Shown here one piece after another: positions 1-13,020 of a stretch of 64,000 bases of DNA. Position numbers and translations under genes: made by a program. The first letter of the stretch is position 1. Each line of letters opens with the position of its first letter. The stretch spans positions 16,587 through 80,586 of the forward strand of contig NIVC01002771.1 in NCBI GenBank assembly GCA_002269645.1, given 5' to 3'. Under the pieces are notes generated by a model, which was not told the origin of the DNA, did not search any database, and worked only from the letters and a program-made list of their open reading frames with translations. Source of the DNA: Macrostomum lignano (taxonomy: Eukaryota).

Positions 1-785
1 TATCACAAACCCGAAATATCACAAACCCGAAATATCACAAACCCGAAATATCATAAACCCGAAATATCATAGGTCCGAAAACCAAAATAGCAGCGCCCAT
101 CACAAACGGGTTTCGACGACTTATGATATTTCGGGTTTATGATATTTCGGGTTCGTGATATTTCGGGTTTAAGATGGGCGCTGCTATTTTGGTTTTCGGA
201 CTTATGATATTTCGGGTTTATGATATTTCGGGTTTGTGATTTTTCGGGTTTGTGATATTTCGGGTTTGTGATATTTCGGGTTTGTGATATTTCGGGTTTG
301 TGATATTTCGGGTTCGTGATATTTCGGGTTTGTGATGGACGCTGCTATTTTGGTTTTCGGACTTATGATATTTCGGGTTTATGATATTTCGGGTTTATGA
401 TATTTCGGGTTTGTGATTTTTCGGGTTTGTGATATTTCGGGTTTGTGATATTTCGGGTTTATGATTTTTCGGGTTTGTGATATTTCGGGTTTGTGATATT
501 TCGGGTTCGTGATATTTCGGGTTTGGGATGGACGCTGCTATTTTGGTTTTCGGACTTATGATATTTCGGGTTTATGATATTTCGGGTTTGTGATATTTCG
601 GGTTTGTGAAATTTCGGGTTTGTGATGGGCGCTGCTATTTTGGTTTTCGGACTTATGATATTTCGGGTTTATGATATTTCGGGTTTGTGATATTTCGGGT
701 TTTTGATATTTCGGGTTTGTGATATTTCGGTTTTATGATGGAAAGTGCTTTCGGAGTGTGACTTTTCGGGTTTATGACGGCGACC
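1..785. repeat. 16-bp satellite (TATCACAAACCCGAAA / TTTCGGGTTTGTGATA) with higher-order spacer modules, arranged as an inverted (foldback) structure; probably the arm of a foldback/MITE-like element that runs off the window
   Basis: Units read in one orientation at 1-~105 and in reverse complement at ~115-780. The spacer module GATGGGCGCTGCTATTTTGGTTTTCGGAC recurs and its reverse complement is at ~75-100. Confidence 0.75.
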
Positions 786-1618
786 CCTGCAACTCTATAT
801 TCTAATTGAGCAATATTTTATAGAAGAAATCCTCACATGATAGTTTCGTTTATCAACTTGTCGAATTAAAAAGAGCCATAAATCTTCGTCATTAGTATGA
901 TCTGTATGTATTGCTCACAATGTAAAAAGAAATTTTGGTTACAGAAATCTGTCATGCTGTTTACTGGCCATTGAACTCGTCCGACTCGTCTCGTCCGGTG
1001 GGCGAACTTTTTCTTAGCATCATGCCCATTAAAATGCTCTCTGGCCTCTGTGGAGAGGCAGCCAACAGAGATGGTTAAAGAGATTCTCAGTCTTGCATTC
1101 CATTAGGCATCAATATTGCATCAGTCCACATGTATAGAGGCTAAAATGTACAGTTAGAGCAGCTCATCATAGCAGTTCTCTGCTTTGTAGTTCACTCAGA
1201 CCCACACGTTTGGATACATGATGCCTCGATTTCATACTCGAACCAGAAGCTGAATGTCGAGCTAAAAATAAAAGCAGAGTTGGCATTTCTGGTTCTGTCG
1301 AACGTCGATCGCAGTTAAGCCGACTTGCTCGTATAAGGGAATACATTGTATAAGTTACTGTTTCAGGAGGATCTTCATGTGACTTAGCAGGCGAAAATAA
1401 CTCTTAAGTCTTGGCCCGACACCAGGAGGGGGACCGCTAGTGACGGACTCTTCCCAGCGTTCTAGCTCAAGGGCGCGGTGAAAACCTACGTGTTAGGCGT
1501 TATAGGGTACGAGAAGGATCTTCAGTTGCCTTCACTAGTAAGCAGCCGTCAACAGATTTCAAGTGTAAATTCAACAATAAACATAAGACAGGAATATTGT
1601 GAGAAAGACTCTTCGCAG

Positions 1619-2497
<879 letters not shown>

Positions 2498-3892
2498 GGA
2501 TAGACTCATAATCGTCAAAGTATGATGAGCCTTGACATCTTCTCAATTATTTTGCCATCGTTACATGTCTTGGCTAAAATACAGAGCTAAAAATATACAC
2601 GTGAGGAAGTCAAGAAAATTTTATTTCTAAGATAGCTCGTACTCGTATCTCTTATAATCCTCTACTAGCTATTCAATTGCTGAGTTGAAGCAGTGCACAG
2701 TTGCTAAGGATTTTTCCGGTAAACAGCTCAAATAAATTAAAAACAGTTAAATGTAGAAGCAACCTAAACAAGCTCTTGTAACGACTCTGATTATCAATAA
2801 AACAAGCGTTCCCGAAAATAGCCGGCTTTTCAACAGCAGCTTTTTAATTGCTGCTTTCATAATTGATTGATTAGAGATAAAACCATTTTGAACGATAAAA
2901 GCCAACCTAGGAAATTTTTTGTTTTAATAGAGTGAAATGAGCAGTTTTCCATTTTTTCAGGGTGAAATCGGCCGAACTGCTGTCCCAATAGTTATCCAAC
3001 TTCAAAGCTGCTTAAAGAGAAATTTCCCAGCAAGAGGCAGAGTCGTTCTCTGATAATACCCGAAGGATTATGTCAGTCCAAATCGATAATCGAATTGAAT
3101 TATTTAAAAATCTTTTGTTTTGATCAAGCCAGATGTTACGTGGGCGGATCAGCCCACGCAACTGTGCTTGCAGCGTTGCCAATGCACTCTCCGAGAACTG
3201 TTCTCACTCTGGCCTGCAGCAACTGAGTTTCATTTAATGAATTTCATTCATCTGGCCATGAGAGAAGATGGAAACAGAATCTCCATTTAAAGCCAGTCAG
3301 TCAGTCAGATGGACAATAAAAAGTCGGATCAACGGCGGCAATTTGTATCTGACTGCCGATCTCGGGCGACGGCATTTTGACCATCCCATCCATCTGCGGA
3401 CGTAGCTATCTGATAAAGTGCAACTTCACCCGCAGCTGCAAAGCTTTTTGACAGCTCTTCAATCGTGTGTTACAAGTTCTCACACGCGAATAGGGACAGA
3501 ACGGTGTTTATAACCAAACATGGTAGAGTATAATTCATGCCAGCTCTTATCTTTCAATTTCGTAAAATCTACCCACGTTCCCAACACCACTGAGCGCTCT
3601 TCATCCTGTATCCTCCAACCTCTCCATTTCTATTCTAATAATGAAAGCCCTCCTACGCTGATAGGAGCCCCTAGCAGCCTTTAAAGCAGAAATCAGAGAT
3701 GCTCCGAGCCAATCGGAAGCCTCCGGTCTCCATTCTAACCCCTATTTCTCTGCCTTGGCATAGCCTTGATATTTGGCGTCACCAGAGCTGCACCGGGGTT
3801 CGCTTGACTTGACGGCTTCGCGACAAGGCGGAGGAGAAAATCGCACAGACTTCATAAGCTTCGAACCCCATAGCAACTGCAACCGAGCGCCA

Positions 3893-5739
3893 ATGACCTC
3901 AAGTGCTCCGGCGAGTCTGGCAGCCGTAGCCGGTTGCCTGGTGCTGCTCCTGGCGGCAATCGCCTCGGCGGCATCGGCGGAGTCGCCACTGTGGCAGCCA
4001 GCGCGATGGGACAACTTTCAGTCCATCGACAGTGAACGAGCCGCTGCAGAGCCGGTGGTGGCCGAACTCCGCTCCGGTGAGCTTGCGCCTACCTGTTGAC
4101 AAAGATTCAGATTACTCGTGGGGATGATGATTGTGCAGATTTGTTGAGACTTGAGCGCATCTGTCAATTATAATTTTACGGCGGCAACCGCTATCTAATA
4201 AAGGAACTGGTCTCAAATTCAGACAAAGAGCGGCGCATCTTTGAAAATACCTTATATGGCATGCGCCTTCACTAAAAAGCGCCCCTCCCTCCTTCTCGAG
4301 GTTTGAAGTCACACACGCTGCGCAAATGAAAAATCACAATAATTGCTGCAAAGCATACATAATTGCTAATTTTCTTCTCCTATCTGTTGATAGCTCGGCA
4401 ACTGAGAAAGCTGGCCATTGATACAGGCTTACACCGGAAATTGGCTCTACTACCTTGCAATTTTGGCCGCTGCAGAGGTTATAAAAAATACGAGTATGAT
4501 GCACTTAAATGGCCTAGCACTAACAATACAAGCGTACCTGTGTGACTTAATTATTCATTTCTACGAGCTACGAGCTACGATTTGCATTTTAAGGCAAATA
4601 ATCAGTAATTGAGTACTCGTATCCCACAAATCATTCACGAGTCTGTTGGCAGTCCGTTTGAAAGCATTCTATGTACTACAGTTGAAGGATTATGAGCTCG
4701 TAAGCCAATTAGAGAGATTAAAAATTGAGCTTAAGCGCACCAGCAAAGCATGCCGTATTCATAGCATGCAGAGCACCTTTTATATGCTTGGCATGATGGG
4801 CCTTGGTCTCAGCGCATCTGTACTGAAGCATCAATACTCGACTATTCAACTGCCTCTGCTGCACAGCCTTCAAAAATAGGCATTAATTGGGCTTACAATT
4901 GGCAGAGTACGGTGGCATGGAAATCGCATTCCTTTTATGGTATTCGGCAGGTCTAGTCTGCAATGACGCGTGCTCCGTCATGCTGACGCAGGCGCAGAAA
5001 TGAAAGCATTTCTTTAAAAATTCAATTTTAATTTAAGATTAGACGCTAATGTGAATTTCATTCAGGATATCTTAGCGTTTTGTTTGAGACGTTCTTCGCT
5101 GAACAGCTACTGAATAATTCTACGTATTTTATTGATTGAATGAGACGCGTTCGTCGAATTAAAGCGTGTTTTTCCATTGCTGAGGAGACAAATTTAACAT
5201 TGTTTCCCTTTCTCTCGATTGCTAACTCATACAATGGGGCATTTAATAAACTTAATTTGTTTCTCTATTCAGCTTCTTTTTAATTACCAGAGTGGGAATA
5301 AAATCGTTGGGCGTAACAAACCAATGCCGTTAACCAAGTCAACTGATGCTTGAGATAAGTGCTCAATTTTGGAAATCACAGTTTATTTGGTTGGTGGCAT
5401 AGCTGGTTGAGGTCACCTGCTGCTCTCTATTGCCAAAGCCAGTAGCGCTGCTCAAGACTCAATCCCATGCTACCGTGCGAATTCGAACCCGCAGAGCGCC
5501 GCTCCGGCCACTGGCCGTTCCCGATGAGGCTCCGTCGGGTGGCCCAGGCGACCAGGCTGCGCAGACTCGCTGCTGAGCTGCGCGCCGCCATCGACGCCGC
5601 CGACACCATTGACGAAGACGCCGAAGCAGACGTCGAGGAGCCTGCCGCTGGCGGACCGAGGATCGACCAGCCCGGCAGCTACCGCAGGCGGCTCAGCAAG
5701 CGCTGCCGGATCGGCAGGCTGTCCTGCCCCATCGGCTGA
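3893..5739 (+). CDS. Putative neuropeptide/prohormone precursor, 142 aa; join(3893..4076,5495..5739)
   Basis: The ATG at 3893 is followed by a hydrophobic signal peptide (MTSSAPASLAAVAGCLVLLLAAIASAASA). The donor TCCG|GTGAG after 4076 (phase 1) joins the acceptor CCGCAG|AG at 5495 in frame. The product has RR and RLRR cleavage sites, an acidic spacer and a C-terminal KR-CRIGRLSCPIG-stop. AATAAA lies at 5795-5800. Confidence 0.75.
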
Positions 5740-6758
5740 AGCCTGCGCTGGTCAAAATGTTCGAAATACGCAAAGAGTTGAACTGCAACTGGGAAATAAA
5801 CAGCCATAGAATATTCTCTCGCATATACAGTGCATTCGCGACCAATCCTAAGTTCCAAAATTAATCCATGGTCTACTCAGAAAAATTGTTTGGCCCGCCA
5901 TTGCCGCCCACCTGGAGAACTTTGAGACTGAAATAAAACACGAGACTAAGCGATGAACAGTCCCGCTGCTATTCATGCATATCCGCGCTTAACCACCTCG
6001 CAGTTTATTCGTTTCTTTTACACTGGCGTTGCCGCATCGCTGGTGAACTTTTTCGGCTGTTGGTGCCGTCGTTAGAAAAACAAAATCCGCCTACATTTTC
6101 CCTGTGGGATAAGATCGGCTTTAATCCGATTTTAATCGCCCTTTATTGCTTGGCGGATTAGGAAAAACTGTCAATTCAATTGGAATCGAGTCCCTGTTGA
6201 GGCATGCGGCTTTAAGTATTAATAATATTCGGCGCAAGGCTTGAGAAGTGAAATTCTCGCTGCTAAAATTTGGGCCCGAAGTGGAGCAAAACGTTGGCCA
6301 AACAAATCGCTGAGACAACACAGGTGACCCCCAGTCTAACCGCATGTGCAGGCAGAGTATAGCCTAAGCTATCTTATCAATGAGCCCCTCCCTTTTCGAT
6401 TGTACTTTATGCCAGCTCGCAAACTTGCGGCTCATTGTGGCTGCTTTTGGTTGTTCAAAAAAGCAAGCGGTGTTTCATCGCAGAATTTTCCAGTACATGA
6501 TAAAATATTTTCTCTCAGCGACCTTGAATCTCTGTTTCATGGTTGGTCTGAGTCAGCTTTAGGCACACGTTTATCTTTTATTGCCAAAGCAAGGAAAAAT
6601 TCGACTGCTAACTCTGACTCTGTTGTCATGGCAACGGATAACGATTTTTGAATCTGTTTATCTGGCGGTATTTACAGTATTTAAATCAAAGCATTAGAAA
6701 TTAGTGGCCTGATCAAACCCCCTGCTGACAGCCTACCATTTAAGTTCTCGCTGCAACC

Positions 6759-7709
6759 ATGGCCTTGAGCTTTGCTCAGTTCGGACTTGTCCTGCTCTTT
6801 GTGGCCTCAGGCAGTGCTCAACTGGTTGAATTCTGCCCATTGCTGGGAGGCGTTAACTCGATCAATTGGAATGTCAACCAGGATGAAACCCTCGAAATTA
6901 ACACTCTGCTGAGAGGAGTAAACAATTATGGGCCCAGCATGGACTGCACCTTTTCTATCGAGGCCAACGCCCCAGGTAGAATCATCGTCCGGGTGATTGA
7001 GAGCAACCTGCAGTATTATGCGGCCTCCATAAGCATCCGCACGTACGCTCTTGGCGGCTATCTAGCAAGTTGGAGCCAGCTTACCTACGACAAGGATAGG
7101 GATGACAACTTCATAGGCCTGACCAACAAGCTTTACATCAACTTTAATAGCCGCAGTTCGCCGCCTGGGAATGCCGCTGGCGTGCGCCTTTTGCTGACCT
7201 TCATGCGCGCAAACGGCTGCCCACCGCGCTGGACCCCAATGACGCTGGACGGCCGATCGCAGTGCGTCGGCGTTCCCACGCAAAATGTCTACAAGTTCGG
7301 AGCAGCTCAGCGCTACTGCAACCTTCAGCGCTCCAATTTGCTAATATCTGAGCGCGACAACATCGCCACAGTTCTTCAACGGGCCAACGCTGCCAATGTC
7401 TGGATCGGTATGACGGCGGAACCTAGCGGCTCTTACTCAACGTACCGTTGGATTAACAACATCCGCGTGGCAGCCAATCATAACGTCAGCTGCACCGGCG
7501 GTTGCCGACCGGGCAGCACCACGCACCGGTGCGTGTACGCCAGGGACCCGCGCTCGCTGATCCAGATCGAGTGCGGCCAGTCGATCCGGCCCGCCTGCTT
7601 CATGCCGGTGGGCGGCACCGACACTTTCTATGCCGGCTCGGCCGCCGTCAGAGCCAGCGACGCCCTGCTGGCTGGCGCGGTGCTTCTTCTCTGGGGTCTT
7701 CTGAACTAG
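6759..7709 (+). CDS. Secreted or GPI-anchored CUB + C-type lectin domain protein, 316 aa, intronless
   Basis: Start context CAACCATGG and a signal peptide. CUB-like region: NYGPSMDCTFSIEA...GRIIVRV...NKLYINFNS...GVRLLL. CTLD-like region: GCPPRW...AQRYCN...VWIGM...YRWINN...CVY...IECGQSIRPAC. The hydrophobic C-terminus ends at the stop (GSAAVRASDALLAGAVLLLWGLLN). AATAAA lies at 7757-7762. Confidence 0.85.
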   Translation: MALSFAQFGLVLLFVASGSAQLVEFCPLLGGVNSINWNVNQDETLEINTLLRGVNNYGPSMDCTFSIEANAPGRIIVRVIESNLQYYAASISIRTYALGGYLASWSQLTYDKDRDDNFIGLTNKLYINFNSRSSPPGNAAGVRLLLTFMRANGCPPRWTPMTLDGRSQCVGVPTQNVYKFGAAQRYCNLQRSNLLISERDNIATVLQRANAANVWIGMTAEPSGSYSTYRWINNIRVAANHNVSCTGGCRPGSTTHRCVYARDPRSLIQIECGQSIRPACFMPVGGTDTFYAGSAAVRASDALLAGAVLLLWGLLN

Positions 7710-9425
7710 AGACATCACTGTTCACGACTGTTCAGGGAGACTTCGATATGCGCCTTAATAAAGCAGTACATACTGATTCCCCAACACACAGATTTCCCCA
7801 TCGTAGTGCAGCTTGTTGATTCCCAGTCATTCGATTTATTCGATCACTACAAAAGCCTCCAAATCTATCTAATAGACTATGCTTGAGTAATAAATTACTT
7901 GTGAAAAAGTCTCTGGATAAGAAAATTGTTTTGCCAAATTAAAAAAGCATTCGACATTGTTCGAATTATTGCACAAGAATTCTGTTCACTTTGAACCGAG
8001 CAGAAAATTTGTGACTCCAATATAACAATTTTTGGATGGAGATATGCAGAAATTCTGAGCATGAGAACTAAATATACTCAGGTTTAAGCTCGCCCAAGCC
8101 AAATAATAGTGGAAATGGCCTTCATTGATCGAATATTGCACTTAGCTCTTACAACATAAATATCCTATATATATTGAGTCAGTTTGTGTCATGACATTTT
8201 CGCTTGCATCCATGCTACATGCTTTCAATAAAATGCGAGTCTTACCTGCAGCAGATACTCGCAGGTTGATTATTTAACTGTAAAACTGCTCCAGAAATTG
8301 CTTTTTAATATTGGAAAGCCTGCCGCGAGAATTGAGCTCAGCGCTTGTTGATGTGTAATGCCGTGTTGCTCACTTCAGATGCATTGATACCGAAGCTTAT
8401 GCATTTTGGGGTTCATTCGATTCTATGCAATACATTTTCTCAATATTCTGGCGAATTAATCAAATGAATTCAATTCAAAAGCATTTCACATAATGGTATC
8501 GCAATGAAAATATGCAAGAATTTTGACAGATTGTATTAAAGGGATAAATTGAAATTGACAATATAGCAAAGCCAGGGACTACTAAAGTAGAAGGATGCAA
8601 CACGCGAAATCTATGGAAAATGTTTTGAAGGCCACTCTCTCTACGCCCAAAATAATACACTACGGAGATAAGAAGTTTTCATTTTTCAGCACAAAAATTG
8701 TTATTTTTTCGATAGGAGGCAGATCCAATGTTCATCTTTTGATATGTTGTGTCTTTCTTATAAATCTATTTATATTCATAAAGCTTTTCGTAGTCATTCT
8801 TAGCTAACTGTACCAAAATGTGCAACAGAGATGATAAAATAGATTCATAAAACCAAAGATTCGAACTGTGCCATGCATTTTTATGATTTTTAGGCACAGG
8901 ACATGTGCAATTGTGGCGCTCAAAAACTGCACTTAAACGGGAATTGAACTGCACTTTCTAGCTGCCCCTCACACATGGTAGAATTGGCGGATTCTATATT
9001 TCTTGCAATTCTCGGGGATCTTTGTTCTACAGTCCTCATAATTGTTTCGCAGGCGAAGGTAAACTGTGCTGAGAGCTGGAGTTGCGCAATAATTCTGGAC
9101 TGGAAATTTCTAGGACATACGCGCCCTCATACTTTTCGGTTGAGTAGTGCCATTTGAAGCTATAGTAAGAGACCTTACCGAATTAACCTTATATTTATAC
9201 TGTATCTACAAAATACCCGAAAAATCCAACAACTCTCGATGAATATTTGTTGCACATGCATTTTACCTGGAGTTTTTTTGCGCTTTCTTGAGTTCTGTGT
9301 ACCGGTACTTACAATATGATAATAAGTTTTTGATAAGAATTCCTTGATCGTGGATTAGTTCAACGGTGGTAAGTTTTTTAAATAAATTTATACTGCTTTT
9401 TATTGGGAGGGGCAAGCTAGGGGTC

Positions 9426-11057
9426 ATGCAGACACTTCGGTGCCAGACATTTCGGTGCATGCAGACACTTCGGTACCAGACATTTCAGTTCCAGACACTT
9501 CGGTGCCAGACATTTCGGTGCATGAAGACAGTTCGGTGCCAGACAGTTCGGTGCCAAACACTTCGGTGCCAGACAGTTCGGTGCCAGACACTTCGGTGCC
9601 AGACACTTCGGTGCCAGACACTTCGGTGCATGCAGACACTTCGGTGCCAAGATAGTTCGGTGCCAGACAGTTCGGTGCCAGACACTTCGGTGCCAGACAT
9701 TTCAGTTCCAGACACTTCGGTGCCAGACATTTCAGTTCCAGACACTTCGGTGCCAGACATTTCGGTGCATGCAGACAGTTCGGTGCCAGACAGTTCGGTG
9801 CCAAACACTTCGGTGCTAGACAGTTCGGTGCCAGACAGTTCGGTGCCAGACAGTTCGGTGCCAGACAGTTCGGTGCCAGACACTTCGGTGCCAGACACTT
9901 CGGTGCATGCAGACACTTCGGTGCCAAGATAGTTCGGTGCCAGACAGTTCGGTGCCAGACACTTCGGTGCCAGACATTTCAGTTCCAGACACTTCGGTGC
10001 CAGACATTTCAGTTCCAGACACTTCGGTGCCAGACATTTCGGTGCATGCAGACAGTTCGGTGCCAGACAGTTCGGTGCCAAACACTTCGGTGCTAGACAG
10101 TTCGGTGCCAGACAGTTCGGTGCCAGACAGTTCGGTGCCAGACAGTTCGGTGCCAGACACTTCGGTGCCAGACACTTCGGTGCATGCAGACACTTCGGTG
10201 CCAGACATTTCAGTGCCAGACACTTCGGTGCCAGACAGTTCAGTGCCAGACACTTCGGTGCCAGACATTTCAGTGCCAGACACTTCGGTGCCAGACATTT
10301 CAGTGCCAGACACTTCGGTGCCAGACATTTCAGTGCCAGACACTTCGGTGCTAGACAGTTCGGTGCCAGACACTTCGGTGCCAGACATTTCAGTGCCAGA
10401 CACTTCGGTGCCAGACATTTCGGTGCCAGACATTTCGGTGCCAGACACTTCGGTGCATGCAGACACTTCGGTGCCAGACACTTCGGTGCCAGACACTTCG
10501 GTGCATGCAGACACTTCGGTGCCAGACATTTCAGTGCCAGACACTTCGGTGCCAGACATTTCAGTGCCAGACACTTCGGTGCCAGACAGTTCAGTGCCAG
10601 ACACTTCGGTGCCAGACAGTTCAGTGCCAGACACTTCGGTGCCAGTCAGTTCAGTGCCAGACACTTCGGTGCCAGACATTTCAGTGCCAGACACTTCGGT
10701 GCCAGACATTTCAGTGCCAGACACTTCGGTGCCAGACATTTCGGTGCCAGACACTTCGGTGCATGCAGACACTTCGGTGCCAGACACTTCGGTGCCAGAC
10801 ACTTCGGTGCATCCAGACACTTCGGTGCCAGACATTTCAGTGCCAGACACTTCGGTGCCAGACATTTCAGTGCCAGACACTTCGGTGCCAGACAGTTCAG
10901 TGCCAGACACTTCGGTGCCAGACAGTTCAGTGCCAGACACTTCGGTGCCAGACAGTTCAGTGCCAGACACTTCGGTGCCAGACATTTCAGTGCCAGACAC
11001 TTCGGTGCCAGACATTTCAGTGCCAGACACTTCGGTGCCAGACATTTCAGTGCCAGA
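9426..11057. repeat. 15-bp minisatellite (CAGACACTTCGGTGC and variants) with higher-order block duplication
   Basis: Direct inspection; it produces the PDTSV / GTEVS / CQTLR periodic ORFs. Confidence 0.97.
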
Positions 11058-11252
11058 GCAATTGTGGAAGCTTTGCGAGAAGGTGGAGTTTCAGAGAATT
11101 TTTTCTTTTGCATGAATTTAAGTAGTATCTCAGTACCAGCCAAGAGACAGTACCAGTTTTAAAGCCCGCTGTGTGGCAAGCTAAAATATAGAAGAACCTT
11201 AAGAGGTCTGGAGCGTAAGAAGTACGCAATTATTTTGCAGCAAGACATAACA

Positions 11253-12074
11253 ATGGCGTCGCTGTCTCGAGAGAACCTGCGGGAGCTTCCCTGGACAGAA
11301 GACAAATTCGAGGCCTGGATCGAGCGGTTTGAAGCCGTCTGCAGGAGATCCGGCGTGAAGGATGAGAAGGAGGAAGGGTTTTCGCCGAAGACAGACTTCT
11401 TCATAAGCCTCATGGGGAAACTGCCTACGACAAGCTGCGGAACCTGGTCGCTCCGGCGAAGCCAGAGAACAAGACCTTCAAATAATTGAAGAATGAAATT
11501 GAGAAGCATGTCGTGTCACAGAAGAAACTGGTTGTAGCTGAGCGCTACAAGTTGAACTTACTGCATGAAACAAGATGAATACGAATCAGCGGCAGATTTT
11601 GAAAACAGGTTACGTGCTCAAGCTGACCGATGTCAATTCGGAGATTTTTTACAGGAAGCTTTGAGAGACAGATTCGTGGCACGACTGCGCAGTGAGTCGG
11701 TGGTGAAAGAGCTGCTTATCAACCTGGAGCTGACGGTGGAGACTGCCACGGCGCAAGAGCAAGTAAGCAAGAGTGCCTTAAGCGCAATGGAAAGGTGGAA
11801 ACAGTCAGTGCGACTAAGGGCAGAGTACGACAACAAAAAAGGGCCCAAGCTCAGGGACGCACTCAGCAAAGCTTGCAATTTCTGTATGAAGAGGCACCCG
11901 CCAAAGACATGCCCCGCGTTTGGACCAAAATGTCGAAAGTGTGGGAAAATGAACCATTTTGAAGCTGCATGCAAGCTTAACAAGCCAGCTAGCTCACATG
12001 GAAGGATGGCATCCGGCTCCATCAAAGGAAAGCCGTCGATGCGAGTGTGCAGGAATCGAGGAGGATCAGGATAA
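11253..12074 (+). pseudogene. Degenerate gag of a Ty3/gypsy (K02A2.6/Mag-like) LTR retrotransposon, without pol
   Basis: Reconstruction across frameshifts and a stop gives: MASLSRE...KFEAWIERFE...FFISLMGK/AYDKLRNLVAPAKPENKTFK*LKNEIEKH...LVVAERYK/KQDEYESAADFENRLRAQADRCQFGDFLQEALRDRFVARLRSE...CRKCGKMNHFEAAC (CCHC zinc knuckle). It is preceded by ACATAACA-A-TGGCGTCG, which resembles an LTR end plus primer-binding site. Confidence 0.85.
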
Positions 12075-13020
12075 ACCAGCCAAGGTTATCTTAAAGGGTG
12101 AAATATATATGGCTTTATATAGAAAATAAACATATGCGTACATGTACGTATGTATACGTGTACATTTTAGCTAATTCATAAACATATACATACATGTACA
12201 TGCACGTATAAGCGCAGGCATATTTAAATGGACATAACATGTACATGTACGAGTAGGACCGATGCACGCGTCGCCACAGAAACAAAAGATTGCTGTTTAC
12301 AATGCACGAGATCAGTACATGCATGCACCTAAAAATAAAGTTTTCCTACCTTTATGAATTTTATTCGTCACACAGGCTGTCTCTACCCAAGCAGCCACTG
12401 TAATAATAATAGTTAACTGTACTACAGTAAAGTTCTTGTCCTCTACCCTAAACTGAAAAAATCCTCGTTGTGCTTCTATTTATACATATGTGTGGCATAC
12501 ATTGAAAGTTACAAAGAGAAAAATACAAAATTGTTGCATTAATTAGCACGAAAAAGATACTCCTTGTCAATGACAAAATCTGAATTGGATAATTCCGACG
12601 GTTGCATGCATTTTTAGTCAAATAAAGGTTTCGTACTAGCAATAATAAAATAGTTAATGATAAAGTTAATCCTGTTGAAGTCGAGTAAAACTTTTAATGT
12701 CAAATACAATAAAACAATTTTTTGACGAAATTGGTTTCTGACAGTTTTGTTTTGTTTTAACTAGTATTATTTACTACAAGTTTAAATGCTGTTCTTCCAT
12801 CAGATCCGTTTTTATTGTTGTGATAATTTTTTACTAACTAAATGTTTACTGAATAATGAATGCTGCATATATTTATTCAAGGATTCTGCCGCACACATTC
12901 GTCCAAGTCTCTTGTTTTAGAAAGAGTAGCAGCTTTATTAAGTGTTTTTTTCAGTTACATTTGATTCTGTATAGTTTAATACAATTTATAGTAGGCCTAA
13001 CCTCTTTTGCCGACTCGGGG

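Noticed and set aside
5706-5739. Oxytocin/vasopressin orthologue because of the CPIG tail
   Set aside because: The ring is C-x6-C rather than C-x4-C, the peptide is C-terminal, and there is no GKR-neurophysin.
6115-6140. Paired TAATCC-like sites (similar string at ~22,625-22,645) as K50 homeodomain enhancers
   Set aside because: Short AT-rich motifs are expected by chance and there is no supporting evidence.
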